DNA of 63,054 nucleotides, the filler included. It is 5 parts of 5 records of this genome, joined end to end, with 100 filler letters (N's around TTAATTAATTAA, not from the genome) between each part and the next. Parts side by side here need not be neighbours in the genome. Positions count along the whole stretch, not along the records: positions 29,573 to 38,983 come from SRR20825006_2581; positions 39,084 to 57,255 come from SRR20825006_2585; 3 more parts are not named here. One strand, 5' to 3'. A program made the translations under genes and the position numbers. The notes under the pieces are model-generated. The model was not told where the DNA came from. It did not search any database and saw only the letters and a list, made by a program, of their open reading frames with translations. This document shows positions 37,364 to 48,323 of this stretch, piece after piece; position 1 is the first letter of the stretch; each line of letters opens with the position of its first letter.

Positions 37364-37396
37364 TCATGGGATGATTTCTTTGAATTCATAGGATGA
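37364..37396 (+). promoter_or_regulatory. Tandem TCAT-N3-ATGA operator boxes before the GntR gene
   Basis: TCATGGGATGA at 37364-37374 and TCATAGGATGA at 37386-37396, adjoining a TATACT -10-like hexamer. Confidence 0.65.
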
Positions 37397-37400
37397 CCAC

Positions 37401-38075
37401 ATGAATAAAGCGAAATTACCTCGTCTTTCTCTGGTGGATAGCGCGGTGGCTGAATTACGCAGCGCCGTGGCGCGTGGTGAGTGGCCGGTGGGCGAGCGCA
37501 TTCCCACCGAACCCCGGCTCAGTGAGCAATTCGGCGTGGGGCGCAACACGGTGCGTGAAGCCGTGCGGGTGCTGGTGCATGCGGGGCTGCTGGAAACCCG
37601 GCAGGGCGACGGCACCTATGTGCGCGCCCGGCTGGACCCCACCGAAGCATTGCGAAGGATGGAGCGCAGTACCCTGCGCGATCAGCTGGAAATGCGGATG
37701 GCGTTGGAAGCCGAGGCCGCTCGGCTGGCAGCCCAGCGCCGTGATGGGCCTGATCTGGACGCCATGCACTCCGCGTTGGCGGCACGCGGTGCAGCGGGGG
37801 ACAACCTGCCCCTGCGCATTCAGCATGATCGCGCTTTTCACCAGGCCATGATTGCCGCGGCCCATAACCGGGCGCTGGCGGAGCTGTACCGCTATTTCAG
37901 TGAAGCGGTGGCGCGCACCATTGCGCGCACGGAATACGATGACTCTCTGCCGGAACCCAGCCAGCAAGACCATGAAACCTTACTGGCGGCGGTGGAGCGG
38001 GGCGATGCGTCCGCCGCCGAGCAGCAGGTGCGGGCGATGCTGGCGCCTGCGCTGGCGGCGTTGCAGGCGTTCTGA
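37401..38075 (+). CDS. GntR-family (FadR subfamily) transcriptional regulator
   Basis: IPTEPRLSEQFGVGRNTVREA, RQGDGTYV; FCD domain with D..FH and HN. Confidence 0.9.
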   Translation: MNKAKLPRLSLVDSAVAELRSAVARGEWPVGERIPTEPRLSEQFGVGRNTVREAVRVLVHAGLLETRQGDGTYVRARLDPTEALRRMERSTLRDQLEMRMALEAEAARLAAQRRDGPDLDAMHSALAARGAAGDNLPLRIQHDRAFHQAMIAAAHNRALAELYRYFSEAVARTIARTEYDDSLPEPSQQDHETLLAAVERGDASAAEQQVRAMLAPALAALQAF

Positions 38076-38983
38076 TGATGGGGCTGTTGCGCCGGCTGGA
38101 TGGCTTTACCCTGCTACTGTTAATGGTGATTGTCGCTGCCACGGTGTGGCCGGCTGGTGGTGGCCTGGCAATGGGGCTGTCGCAGCTGTCTACGCTGGCA
38201 GTGGCGGTGCTGTTCTTTGTGCACGGGGCGGCGCTGTCTCGCAAACAGGTGCTGGCCGGGGCGACTCACTGGCGGTTGCATCTGTTCATTTCCTCGCTGA
38301 CCTTTGTGGTCTTCCCGTTGGCGGTGTTGCCGGTGACCTTGCTGGCACCGCAGTGGATTCCGCCAGAACTGGCGTTGGGCTTTCTGTATCTGGGGGTGTT
38401 GCCCTCCGCTGTCTCCTCTTCCATCGCGTTCACTGCCATGGCGCGGGGCAATGTGCCGGCAGCGGTATGCAGTGCTGCGGCCTCCAATGTGTTCGGCATG
38501 ATGCTCACCCCTTTCCTGTTGATGTTGATGGTGTCCGCCAGCGGTGATGGTGCCTTTGATGTTGCAGGGGCGCTGAAAGGGATCATCCTGCAGCTGCTGC
38601 TGCCGTTTGCCCTCGGGCAGTTGCTGCGCCCGAAACTGGTGGAGCTGTTAACACGTTGGCCCGGTTTTATAGGCCGTTACGATCAGGGCGTGATTATGCT
38701 GATCGTGTATGTGGCCTTTTCGGAGTCGGTGAACGAAGGCCTGTGGCAGCAGTTGCCGGTGGCGTCGTTGTTGCTGGCGGTGGGCTTGTGCTTGTTGTTG
38801 CTGGCACTGGTGATTGGTTTATCCATGTTGTTGGCGCGGCGTCTGGGCTTGAGCCTGGCGGATGAAATCGCGGCGGTGTTTTGTGGTTCGAAGAAAAGCC
38901 TGGCCTCCGGTTTGCCCATGGCCAAGGTACTGTTCGTGGCCAATCCCGGCTTCGGCATGATCGTGCTGCCGATCATGTGCTAC
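38075..38983 (+). CDS. Bile acid:sodium symporter family (YfeH-like) transporter, truncated
   Basis: LFFVHGAALS, LPSAVSSSIAFT, FCGSKKSLASGLPM. Confidence 0.85.
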
Positions 38984-39083
38984 NNNNNNNNNNNNNNNNN
39001 NNNNNNNNNNNNNNNNNNNNNNNNNNNTTAATTAATTAANNNNNNNNNNNNNNNNNNNNNNNNNNNNNNNNNNNNNNNNNNNN
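38984..39083. other. Artificial contig spacer
   Basis: 44 N + TTAATTAATTAA + 44 N. Confidence 0.98.
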
Positions 39084-39387
39084 GCAGGCTGGTCCGACCA
39101 TCATCGAAGACAATTGTTTCATCGGAGCGCGTTCTGAAGTTGTCGAAGGCGTGATCGTGCGCGAAGGCTCGGTCTTGGGCATGGGCGTTTTTATCGGCCA
39201 ATCGACCAAAATCCTCGACCGCGACACCGGCGAAGTCTTCTACGGCGAAGTGCCCCCCTATTCCGTCGTCGTCGCGGGTTCCATGCCGTCGAAAAACGGT
39301 GTGCACCTCTATTGCGCGGTCATCGTCAAACGTGTGGATGAGAAAACGCGTTCGAAAACCGGGATCAACGAGTTGCTTCGCGACTGA
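39084..39387 (+). CDS. dapD: Tetrahydrodipicolinate N-succinyltransferase (3' part)
   Basis: [22 protein letters not shown]...[26 protein letters not shown]. Confidence 0.95.
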
Positions 39388-39410
39388 TCTATCCTATATC
39401 TATTGAGAGC

Positions 39411-39444
39411 GGGCGCGCGGAGGGCAACCTTTGCGCGCCCTTTT
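39411..39444 (+). terminator. Rho-independent terminator after dapD
   Basis: gggcgcgcggagg-gcaa-cctttgcgcgccc followed by TTTT. Confidence 0.75.
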
Positions 39445-39477
39445 CATTGCCAAATGTCAGTAAATGTGGAGTGTCTT

Positions 39478-39720
39478 ATGGGACTTGGACTTATCGCGTC
39501 TATCATCATCGGCGGCATTGCGGGCTGGATTGCAAGCAACCTGATGAAAGCCAACACAGGCCTTCTGATGAACATCGTGTTGGGGATTGTTGGCGCCTTT
39601 GTGTTGAACCTGATCCTGTCGCTTTTGGGGATTTATGCCGCAAATGCTTGGCTACCGCAGCTCGTCGTGAGCGTTCTTGGCGCAAGCCTTTTGATTTGGG
39701 TGGCGCGCCAGGTGCGCTGA
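39478..39720 (+). CDS. GlsB/YeaQ/YmgE-family small membrane protein
   Basis: IIIGGIAGWIAS..., GLLMNIVLGIVGA; ATG at 39478. Confidence 0.85.
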   Translation: MGLGLIASIIIGGIAGWIASNLMKANTGLLMNIVLGIVGAFVLNLILSLLGIYAANAWLPQLVVSVLGASLLIWVARQVR

Positions 39721-39815
39721 GCCGCCTGTCATGATCCCGCCTTTGTTTGGCGGGATCACCGCTTGTCAATCCGCTGAGGCTTGACTTTCCCCCGTCGGCT
39801 CAGCAAACGGATGGC

Positions 39816-40166
39816 ATGACAAAAGAACCAAAAATCAGCCGCCAAAAGGTCTACACCCTGCTGGTCGAAGTAGGTCGCAAAGACGGCGACGGGTTGCCCA
39901 AAGGGGCCACTGGCGGCGCGCTTATGATCTATGCGTCCGGTGTGGACGAAGCCGAGGCGGTGCGTGAAAGCGTTGCGATCCTGAAACAGGCCGACCTCGC
40001 GCCGCTTGATGTGACGGGCTATGGCACGTTGGAGGAGCGGCTGGCCGAAGGCCACGACATTTCAGACGACGAACGAGAGCTGATGCAGCGGGCCTTGGAT
40101 GAGAATTCGGTCATCGTGGCGCAACTGACGCCGTTTTTTGAAGGCGATGACGGCGTGAGGCACTAA
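39816..40166 (+). CDS. Hypothetical acidic protein
   Basis: Acidic 116-aa ORF in an operon-like run; no family recognised. Confidence 0.7.
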   Translation: MTKEPKISRQKVYTLLVEVGRKDGDGLPKGATGGALMIYASGVDEAEAVRESVAILKQADLAPLDVTGYGTLEERLAEGHDISDDERELMQRALDENSVIVAQLTPFFEGDDGVRH

Positions 40167-40169
40167 GCC

Positions 40170-41177
40170 ATGGCGGACCGCCTCGTCCAACTTGTGATTT
40201 CAAAACAAGATTTCGAGGATGTCTCTGACTGTCTTGCCGACATGTCGTCCCGCGATTGGTGGCAAGTGCCCTGTGGCAGTGAGGACGGGCGGGTAACGGT
40301 TTTTATTGCCCTGCACAAAGCGGATGCCCAAGAGGTTGTCGACCGTCTGGCCGAGACATTGGACGGTCGCACAGGCTGGCGGCTCTATGCCTTGGCTACG
40401 GAATCCAGCCTGCCTGAAAACACCGATGAGGACGAACAGGAACGGATCGCCCAAAAGGAAACAGCCGCGACACGCGAAGACATTTACGCCGATATTCGTG
40501 CCGATGCCGCGCTGACCAAAGACTATTTGATCATGTCCGCCCTTGCGACCTGTGTTGCGGCAATTGGGCTCAGATCTGGTCAAGTTGCAGTGGTTATCGG
40601 CGCTATGGTGATCGCCCCGCTTTTGGGTCCGATCATCGCCTTTGCCTTTGGCACGGCGCTTGGGAACCTCGCTTTGTTGAAACTCTCGGCGCGCTCTTTG
40701 GGCGCTGGGATTTTAGTGTCGGTCCTGGTCGGCGCGGTGATCGGGCAGATGTTTCCTCCGTCTCAGGACACGGGCCTTTTGGATTACTCCGGCGTCCTGT
40801 CGCTTCAGACCGTGATCTTGCCCTTGGCCTCAGGGGCGGCAGCCGCGCTTATGGTTGCCTCTGGTAGCACCTCCGCTTTGATTGGCGTCATGGTGGCCGC
40901 CGCGCTTTTGCCACCGCTGGCGGGGTTCGGTCTTTTGATCGGGGGGCAAAACTGGGACATGGCCGTACGCGCCCTGGCAAGCGTGGCCGTCAACATCGTC
41001 GCCATCAACCTCGCCGCACAGGTGGTTTTTGTCCTCAAAGGCATCCGCCCAAGACGGTGGAAAAGCAAAGCCCACGCCACATCTGTGCGCGTGAGCCTTG
41101 CCATCTCTGTTGGGCTGGTCCTGTTGGTGACGCTCGCCTTATGGGGCTTTGGGCATCCCGATTTTTGGCACAATTAA
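40170..41177 (+). CDS. TIGR00341/DUF389-family membrane protein
   Basis: AVVIGAMVIAPLLGP, GVMVAAALLPP. Confidence 0.85.
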   Translation: MADRLVQLVISKQDFEDVSDCLADMSSRDWWQVPCGSEDGRVTVFIALHKADAQEVVDRLAETLDGRTGWRLYALATESSLPENTDEDEQERIAQKETAATREDIYADIRADAALTKDYLIMSALATCVAAIGLRSGQVAVVIGAMVIAPLLGPIIAFAFGTALGNLALLKLSARSLGAGILVSVLVGAVIGQMFPPSQDTGLLDYSGVLSLQTVILPLASGAAAALMVASGSTSALIGVMVAAALLPPLAGFGLLIGGQNWDMAVRALASVAVNIVAINLAAQVVFVLKGIRPRRWKSKAHATSVRVSLAISVGLVLLVTLALWGFGHPDFWHN

Positions 41178-41189
41178 GGCGGTTCGGGT

Positions 41190-42242
41190 CTATTTCGACC
41201 CAAACCACTTGCGATAAATCGCATCATACGTGCCATTTTCCCGCAGTTCCAAAAGGCTCTGATTGATTGGCTCGGCCAGCGCAGACCCCGACGGCAGCGC
41301 AATCCCATAGTTTTCTGGCACAAAGACCTGCCCAATGAGCCGCGCTTTGCCCCGACCCTTTTGGGTCACATAATACGCAAGGATTGGAGCGTCATAAACC
41401 ACCGCGTCAATCTCGCCCTGTTCGAACGCCTCAATCAACGCCGCAGGATCATGATAAGGCACGAAGCTCAGATCACGCCGAGAGAGGAACTCCGCAGCCG
41501 TCGAGCGCTCAACCGTCCCGATGGTTTTGCCATAGAGATCGTTAAGCCCGTTCACATTGGCTTGGATCGCATCCACTGTCAGTGCGGCGGTGATGCGCGC
41601 AACAAAAACGGACACCAAAAACAGAGACGAAATCACCAGAAAGACGCCAAACAGACGGCCCATGGGCGAGCGTGGTTGCCGCTCCTCAAACCCACCATTG
41701 ACGACAAGGTTCAAGGCCCACCAAAAGGCCGGGAACATCGCTTGGCTGGCGGGCATGTCGAAATACTCTTGATGCCGCTTTTCAAAATGCCACATCAACA
41801 TGCCGCCCCCAAGCAAAAGCGCGAAAGCCCCCGCCAAAGCGATCAAAAGATCTTTTGAGAGGATAACGGCCCAAATGGAACTGCTTTCATTGCCCAGCGG
41901 GGTCATGATTTGCAGACCGGCCTGAAAGATCGGTTGGGAAAAATCCATGACCGACTCGCGGCTTGCGGTGATCGAAATATTGGCGATAGCGGCGTCTGCC
42001 GTGTTATCCTCAATCGCGCCAAGCATCTCTGTAAAGCTGTCCACCCTCTCGATGGCATAGCTCCAGCCAAGTTCAGTGGCCAATGCGTCCCAAAGCTCCA
42101 TGGAAAAGCCGGTGTCACGCCCGGCCTCGACCATAGAAAATGGCACGCGCGAGACGGTCATAATTTTAAGGTCTTGTGCCCAGCCCGACATGGGACTGAA
42201 CAACAGCAAAAGAAACGCCCAAAGGCGGAAAATGTGATTCAT
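41190..42242 (-). CDS. Prokaryotic iGluR-like ligand-gated ion channel (SBP3 S1-M1-P-M2-S2)
   Basis: Signal peptide; [14 protein letters not shown]1, FWWA pore helix, M2 ending ITAALTV, ENYGIAL. Confidence 0.8.
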   Translation of the reverse strand: MNHIFRLWAFLLLLFSPMSGWAQDLKIMTVSRVPFSMVEAGRDTGFSMELWDALATELGWSYAIERVDSFTEMLGAIEDNTADAAIANISITASRESVMDFSQPIFQAGLQIMTPLGNESSSIWAVILSKDLLIALAGAFALLLGGGMLMWHFEKRHQEYFDMPASQAMFPAFWWALNLVVNGGFEERQPRSPMGRLFGVFLVISSLFLVSVFVARITAALTVDAIQANVNGLNDLYGKTIGTVERSTAAEFLSRRDLSFVPYHDPAALIEAFEQGEIDAVVYDAPILAYYVTQKGRGKARLIGQVFVPENYGIALPSGSALAEPINQSLLELRENGTYDAIYRKWFGSK

Positions 42243-42301
42243 AGCATCACCCCCATCCAGATCGCATATGGCATAAGCTTGGCCCCGCTTTCAATCGCGG
42301 A

Positions 42302-43384
42302 TCACAGATAGCGATCGGAAAGAAGCGCAAGGGCTTCATGGCGCAACAGGGATGCGGGGTCATGACCGCATCGTTTTGGGATCTGTATCGCGTTGAGATG
42401 CGACAGCCGGGTTGGCGCTGGTTGGTGTGGGTCATGGTTCAGGGCCAGGGGCATGACGCGAATGCCGGCGACGTGGTAGGCCTGAAAATCAGCAAGCACG
42501 AGGTTGTAGCGTTTCGACACCAATCCGGCCGAAGAGGTCGTGACCGGAAGGAAAGGCGCGATGTGCATCGCTTTGATCGACACGTCTTCGACGCCAAAGA
42601 GATAAGCGGTATCGACCCCTTCCGTCAGGATTTCGCAGCGTTGCGAGACGTCGAGGGTTTGGAGCAGGTTTTGAAAGGGTCGGCGCAGGCGGACCAACCC
42701 CATGCGTCCGATGTTTGGCAATGTGGTTTCGATCAGGGCCACCAAAGGCGACAGGCCGCCCGAATGGGTGGAAATGAGTGTCCCCGGTGTGAGCGTTTCG
42801 ATCAAACGGGGCCCGTGCTCGGTATCGACCAGTGCTTTAGCGGCGATACCTTCGGAATAGCCTAGAGGTTCAACATGATCGGAAAAGGCAAAACAGGTCA
42901 CATCGGAGGTCAGGGACGGTCTGTCGACGGCAAACAATATCCGCGCAAGGTCGTCTTCGTGTAGGGGCACAGGACGGTCGGTGGAGGATTTGGATGTTAT
43001 GGCGCCAGTCTCAAGATTCTCGGCACCAATCCACGCGCTGTTGGTTTGACAACACCAACTGTAGGTGATGCGAATGGGGGTCTCTTTGCTCCATGCGGAT
43101 AGATCAAGAGAGAGAACGGAGAGGGTTTGACCCTGTTCGACGGCCACCCAAAGCCGACCATTGGGACCCATCACCATATGAAAACTGCGTCTGAGTTCGG
43201 CGTGACGTTCAAAGTCGATCAGATCAAGTGGCTGGCAAAATTGGTCCGGGATCGCAGTCTCAAGGATCACACTGCCGCTGTGCAAGACACGGCGGCCCAC
43301 GGGCCCACGCGCGGCACCTTGCTGCAATCCAAGTGAGTTGTAAACCGGGTGGCACTTCGTTGCCACTGCCCCAAGCCACGCCAT
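42302..43384 (-). CDS. Hint-domain-containing protein (Rhodobacteraceae type)
   Basis: C-terminal GIAAKALVDTEHGPRLIETLTPG...; LFGVEDV; YNLV. Confidence 0.6.
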   Translation of the reverse strand: MAWLGAVATKCHPVYNSLGLQQGAARGPVGRRVLHSGSVILETAIPDQFCQPLDLIDFERHAELRRSFHMVMGPNGRLWVAVEQGQTLSVLSLDLSAWSKETPIRITYSWCCQTNSAWIGAENLETGAITSKSSTDRPVPLHEDDLARILFAVDRPSLTSDVTCFAFSDHVEPLGYSEGIAAKALVDTEHGPRLIETLTPGTLISTHSGGLSPLVALIETTLPNIGRMGLVRLRRPFQNLLQTLDVSQRCEILTEGVDTAYLFGVEDVSIKAMHIAPFLPVTTSSAGLVSKRYNLVLADFQAYHVAGIRVMPLALNHDPHQPAPTRLSHLNAIQIPKRCGHDPASLLRHEALALLSDRYL

Positions 43385-43727
43385 ATGATGCCCGCCCCCT
43401 CATGACCATGACCTTGTTCAAAGGTCATAATCTGCACAGTGCCGATGACGCAGATCCAACATTTGGGAAACCACACGGAAAACCGCGTTTTATTGACTTG
43501 TTAATGGGTGACAGAACCGTTCGGGTTTACCCGCAACTGGGTCTGACGTCTGCCTCACCTTTGTTTTGATCATACTCAAACATGCAATTCGGATTTAGTT
43601 AACACTTTTCCGCCCGCTCAAGAATGGCGGTGTGATCTGTTACAACCGCGCAACAATCTTCGGATTGCCCCGCGCGGGCGGGGCGGGTAACTCTTGAGGC
43701 CATATTTGGGGACCAAAGGAGACCGCA

Positions 43728-44885
43728 ATGGCGCTCGATACACCGCTCGATCCCGTTCAACTGACAGCCGACTTGATCCGCTGTCCAAGTGTCACACCAG
43801 ACGAGGCTGGTGCGCTGGCCCTTTTGGAACGCGTGTTAACGAAAGCCGGTTTTGTCTGCGTTCGGGTCGATCGCAATGGCACGCCAAACCTGTTTGCCCG
43901 TTGGGGCAAAAAGGCCGCGGCGCGCAGCTTGGGCTTTAATGGCCATACGGATGTTGTCCCCGTCGGCGATCTTGCGGCTTGGACCCATGACCCATTTGGC
44001 GGCGAGATCGCAGATGGTCTGCTGTGGGGGCGTGGGGCCACCGATATGAAATCCGGCGTGGCGGCTTTTGTTGCCGCCGCTTGCGACTATGCGACCCAAA
44101 CCCAGCCGAAAGATGATGCCATCATCATCACCATCACGGGCGATGAAGAGGGCGACGCCACGGATGGCACCATCGCTCTGCTCGATTGGATGGCGCAAAA
44201 CGGCGAGGCGATGAGTGATTGCCTTGTTGGCGAACCGACCTGTCCGAACACCATGGGCGAGATGATGAAAATCGGACGACGTGGCTCTCTCACCGCCTAT
44301 TTCACCGCGCGCGGCATTCAGGGTCATGTCGCCTACCCGCATCAGACCCACAATCCGGTCCCGGTTTTGGCGCGGCTGATGGCCGATCTCTCGGCACATA
44401 CGCTGGATCAGGGCACGGCGCATTTCGACCCAAGCAACCTAGAAGTCACAACCTTTGACACTGGGAATCCGGCAACCAACGTGGTTCCGGCACTCTGTCA
44501 GGCCACCGTCAACATCCGCTTTAATGACGCTCACTCAGGCGCGTCTCTGTCTGAGTGGCTGCGCGCCAAAGCCGCGCGCATGGCCAAGGAAACCGGGATC
44601 GAAATCGAGGTGCGGTTTTCCATTTCGGGCGAAAGTTTCCTGACACCTCCCGGTGCTTTCGTGAACTTGGTGGCCAGGTCGGTTGAGACGGTCACAGGCC
44701 TGCGCCCGGAACTCTCAACCACGGGCGGCACGTCGGATGCGCGGTTTGTCAAAAACCACTGCCCTGTGGTCGAATTTGGCCTCGTCGGCAAGACCATGCA
44801 TAAAGTCGACGAACAGGTGCCAGTCTCGCAAATCGAAGACCTGAAAAGGGTCTATTCCCGCCTGATTGGGGACTATTTCGCATGA
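43728..44885 (+). CDS. dapE: Succinyl-diaminopimelate desuccinylase
   Basis: [42 protein letters not shown]. Confidence 0.95.
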   Translation: MALDTPLDPVQLTADLIRCPSVTPDEAGALALLERVLTKAGFVCVRVDRNGTPNLFARWGKKAAARSLGFNGHTDVVPVGDLAAWTHDPFGGEIADGLLWGRGATDMKSGVAAFVAAACDYATQTQPKDDAIIITITGDEEGDATDGTIALLDWMAQNGEAMSDCLVGEPTCPNTMGEMMKIGRRGSLTAYFTARGIQGHVAYPHQTHNPVPVLARLMADLSAHTLDQGTAHFDPSNLEVTTFDTGNPATNVVPALCQATVNIRFNDAHSGASLSEWLRAKAARMAKETGIEIEVRFSISGESFLTPPGAFVNLVARSVETVTGLRPELSTTGGTSDARFVKNHCPVVEFGLVGKTMHKVDEQVPVSQIEDLKRVYSRLIGDYFA

Positions 44886-45307
44886 GCATCACCATTTGCA
44901 AAACCGATGACATCAAGGCCTGTTTGGCGTTGAGACTGGTGGTTTTTGTTGAGGAACAAAACGTCCCACTTGAAGAAGAAATCGACACATTCGACGATGA
45001 GGCGACGCATTTCCTCGCCCAAGACGAGGCGGGTGCCGCCGTGGGCACCGCACGCATCATCGAAGCTGGTGAAATCGGCAAAATAGGCCGGGTTTGTGTC
45101 GAAAAATCGCAAAGAGGCGCGGGGCTTGGGGCGGCTCTGATCGAGACGTGTTTGGCCGATCTAAAGACCCGCCCTCATATCAAAACCGCGAAACTCGGCG
45201 CGCAAAATCACGCCATCGGGTTTTATGAACGGTTCGGTTTCCGCGTGATTGGCGACGAATATATGGACGGTGGCATCCCACATCACGACATGGTCCTCGC
45301 CCTGTGA
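44882..45307 (+). CDS. GNAT N-acetyltransferase (ElaA-like)
   Basis: [34 protein letters not shown]. Confidence 0.88.
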   Translation: MSITICKTDDIKACLALRLVVFVEEQNVPLEEEIDTFDDEATHFLAQDEAGAAVGTARIIEAGEIGKIGRVCVEKSQRGAGLGAALIETCLADLKTRPHIKTAKLGAQNHAIGFYERFGFRVIGDEYMDGGIPHHDMVLAL

Positions 45308-45894
45308 GGCCACATCTGGTCCTTATGGTTAAGGAACCGCATCCCGGTCGGGTCAAAACCCGGCTGGGCCGTGACATCGGCATGGTGCGCGCGGCATGGT
45401 GGTTTCGTCACCAAGCGCTTGGGACCATCCGACGCCTGCGCGATCCTCGTTGGGATATTGTGTTGGCTGTCTCGCCAGATCACGAAGGTCTTTTAAGTCG
45501 GGTTTGGCCCGATGATCTTATCAAAATGCCACAAGGTCATGGTGACCTTGGTGCCCGTATGGCGCGCGTGATGCGGGCCTGCGCTCCGCATCCAACCTGT
45601 GTCATTGGTGCCGATATTCCGGGTCTTCAAAAAGCCCACATTCGACAGGCTTTTACAGGATTAGGGTCACATTCTGCCGTGATCGGCCCTGCCGCAGATG
45701 GGGGATATTGGCTCATCGGGCTGCGTCACCCGGCGCAGCAACCCGCAGGCTTCTTAACCTCAGTGCGCTGGTCCACGCGCTGGGCGCGAGAGGACACACT
45801 TGCTTCGGCAAAACAGATGAGTTGGGCCAAGTTAGAGACGCTTTCAGATGTTGATGACCTCTCTGATCTGCGCCGACTGAATGAGCGCGACTGA
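45304..45894 (+). CDS. DUF2064/TIGR04282-family glycosyltransferase-like protein
   Basis: PGRVKTRL, QGHGDLGARM, IGADIP, GPAADGGYWLIG, DVD. Confidence 0.8.
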   Translation: MRPHLVLMVKEPHPGRVKTRLGRDIGMVRAAWWFRHQALGTIRRLRDPRWDIVLAVSPDHEGLLSRVWPDDLIKMPQGHGDLGARMARVMRACAPHPTCVIGADIPGLQKAHIRQAFTGLGSHSAVIGPAADGGYWLIGLRHPAQQPAGFLTSVRWSTRWAREDTLASAKQMSWAKLETLSDVDDLSDLRRLNERD

Positions 45895-45968
45895 CCGCCC
45901 ATGATGATTTCATCACATCCGCTGCTTTGTCAGTGGTGAGGCGCAGCGGGCCGTGGTAGATTCGCCCT

Positions 45969-48224
45969 ATGAACAAGATCCCCACCAAAGACGAAATCCT
46001 CCAATGGATTTCCGATCACCCGACTGAGAGCGCAAAACGCGATATTGCCAAGGCTTTTGGCATCAAAGGTGCTGCGCGGATTGACCTGAAACGTATCCTC
46101 AAAGAACTTGAGGCGGAGGGTCACCTGCAAAAGCGGCACAAGACCTATCGCGACCCGGATAAACTTCCCCCGGTGTCGGTTTTGTCCGTGTTTGCCCCCG
46201 ATGCTCAGGGCGATTTGTTTGCGCGCCCGCTGGAATGGACCGGCGAAGGTCCCGAGCCCCGGATTTTGATGGTACTGCGTGAAAGCGATGCCGCCTTGGG
46301 CGAGGGCGAGCGGATTTTGGCCAAGCTGCAAGAGGTAAAAGGCGAGGATCACCAATATGAGGCCCGCCTGATCCGTAAAATAGGCTCTAATCCACGCAAA
46401 ATCTTGGGTATCTATCGCAAAGATGCCGAAGGTGGGCGGGTTGTGCCGATCGACAAAGGCAACGACAAAGACTTTCTGGTCCGGTCGGGCAATGACTATG
46501 GCGCGCAGGACGGTGAATTGGTTGAGGCCGAGCAAGCCGGGTCAAAGGGCCGTATGGGCCTGCCTCTGGCGCGCATCATCACCCGTCTGGGCGACCCGAG
46601 TGCGCCCAAGGCCGTGTCGCTGATCGCGATCCACCAACATGGCATTCCCGATGATTTCCCCGATGATGTGATCGCCGAGGCCGATGCCGCCAAACCAGCG
46701 GGTCTCAAGGGCCGCGAGGACCTGCGCGATCTGCCTCTGGTGACCATTGATCCGGCCGATGCGCGCGACCGTGATGATGCGATTTGGGCCGAATTCGACC
46801 CTGATCCAGCCAATAAGGGCGGGTTTATCCTTTGGGTGGCGATTGCCGATGTGGCGCATTATGTGACACCCGGTTCCGCGCTTGATCGCGAGGCGTGGAA
46901 ACGTGGCAACTCGACCTATTTCCCGGATCGGGTTGTGCCGATGTTGCCGGATCGCCTGTCCGGCGATCTGTGTTCGCTGCACGAAGGCGTGCCGCGTGCC
47001 TGTTTGGCCGTGCGGATGGTGATTGATTCCGAAGGCAAAAAGAAATCGCATCGCTTCATGCGCGGTCTGATGAAATCGGCCGCCGCCTTGAATTACGCCG
47101 AAGTGCAAGCGGCCCGCGATGGGCAACCCAATGAGGCCTGTGCCCCGTTGATGGACACGGTGATCGGGCCGATTTACGAGGCTTACGAGGCCCTCAAACG
47201 CGCCCGCCATGACCGTCAGCCGCTGGATTTGGATCTGCCTGAACGCAAAATCGTTTTGAGCGAAGATGGGCGTGTCGCCTCTGTTGCTCTGGCCGAGCGG
47301 TTTGATGCGCATCGGCTGATCGAGGAGTTCATGGTGCTGGCCAATGTCTCCGCCGCCGAAGAACTGTTTCATCGCAACCGACCGCTGCTCTACCGTGTGC
47401 ATGAAGAACCCTCGGGCGAGAAACTTGACGCGCTGCGCGAAGTGGCACAGGCCTCGGGCTTTACTCTGGCAAAGGGACAGGTGATCCACACCTCGCATCT
47501 GAACAGGCTTCTGGCTCAGGCCGAAGGCACGGAGCAGGACGAATTGATCAACATTTCGACCCTGCGCTCGATGACCCAAGCCTATTACCACCCGGAGAAT
47601 TACGGCCATTTCGGTCTCGCCCTGCGCTCATACGCGCATTTCACCTCGCCGATCCGCCGTTATGCCGATCTTGTCGTCCATCGCGGTCTGATTTCAGCCC
47701 ATGGTTGGGGCAAGGACGGCTTGTCTGCCGATGAGATTGAGCGTTTGGAGGTGACGGCCAAACATATCTCCGAAACCGAACGTCGCTCGATGACGGCGGA
47801 GCGCGACACGAATGACCGCTATCTGGCCTCCTATCTGAGCGAACGCATTGGCAATGAGATGACCGGGCATATTTCGGGCATCCAAAAATTTGGCGCTTTC
47901 ATCAAACTGGATGAAACCGGCGCCGATGGCCTTGTGCCGGTGCGCACGATGGGCGCAGAGTTTTTCCATTACGACCCAGACGAGCAAACGCTGATGGGGG
48001 CTGACACCGGCATGAAGATTTCGATTGGTCAAAAGGTCGTTGTGCGTATTGCCGAGGCTGTGCCTGTGACCGGCGGGTTGGAGTTGGAATTGCTGTCAAT
48101 TGACGGGGCGTTGATGCCGCGCGGACCGCGCCGGGCCAAAGGCCGCGTGGTGTCGCGCAAGTACAATAAAGGTAAGGCCCATAAGGAAAAGATCCGTAAG
48201 AAAGTACAGCGGCGGCGGAGCTGA
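45969..48224 (+). CDS. rnr: Ribonuclease R
   Basis: TIDPADARDRDDA, HFTSPIRRYADLVVHR, C-terminal S1 domain and basic tail. Confidence 0.95.
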   Translation: MNKIPTKDEILQWISDHPTESAKRDIAKAFGIKGAARIDLKRILKELEAEGHLQKRHKTYRDPDKLPPVSVLSVFAPDAQGDLFARPLEWTGEGPEPRILMVLRESDAALGEGERILAKLQEVKGEDHQYEARLIRKIGSNPRKILGIYRKDAEGGRVVPIDKGNDKDFLVRSGNDYGAQDGELVEAEQAGSKGRMGLPLARIITRLGDPSAPKAVSLIAIHQHGIPDDFPDDVIAEADAAKPAGLKGREDLRDLPLVTIDPADARDRDDAIWAEFDPDPANKGGFILWVAIADVAHYVTPGSALDREAWKRGNSTYFPDRVVPMLPDRLSGDLCSLHEGVPRACLAVRMVIDSEGKKKSHRFMRGLMKSAAALNYAEVQAARDGQPNEACAPLMDTVIGPIYEAYEALKRARHDRQPLDLDLPERKIVLSEDGRVASVALAERFDAHRLIEEFMVLANVSAAEELFHRNRPLLYRVHEEPSGEKLDALREVAQASGFTLAKGQVIHTSHLNRLLAQAEGTEQDELINISTLRSMTQAYYHPENYGHFGLALRSYAHFTSPIRRYADLVVHRGLISAHGWGKDGLSADEIERLEVTAKHISETERRSMTAERDTNDRYLASYLSERIGNEMTGHISGIQKFGAFIKLDETGADGLVPVRTMGAEFFHYDPDEQTLMGADTGMKISIGQKVVVRIAEAVPVTGGLELELLSIDGALMPRGPRRAKGRVVSRKYNKGKAHKEKIRKKVQRRRS

Positions 48225-48323
48225 ACGACACGGATAGCGGATTATCGCCGCCTCTGTGTTCCCGGCTTCAACCCTGCCAAGGTTTTGGTCTACGGTCGAG
48301 TAACTGTTATTGGAGCTGTTAGA

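Noticed and set aside
43585-43605. CtrA-like site upstream of the Hint gene
   Set aside because: Only a half-site (GTTAAC); TTAA-N7-TTAA is not met.
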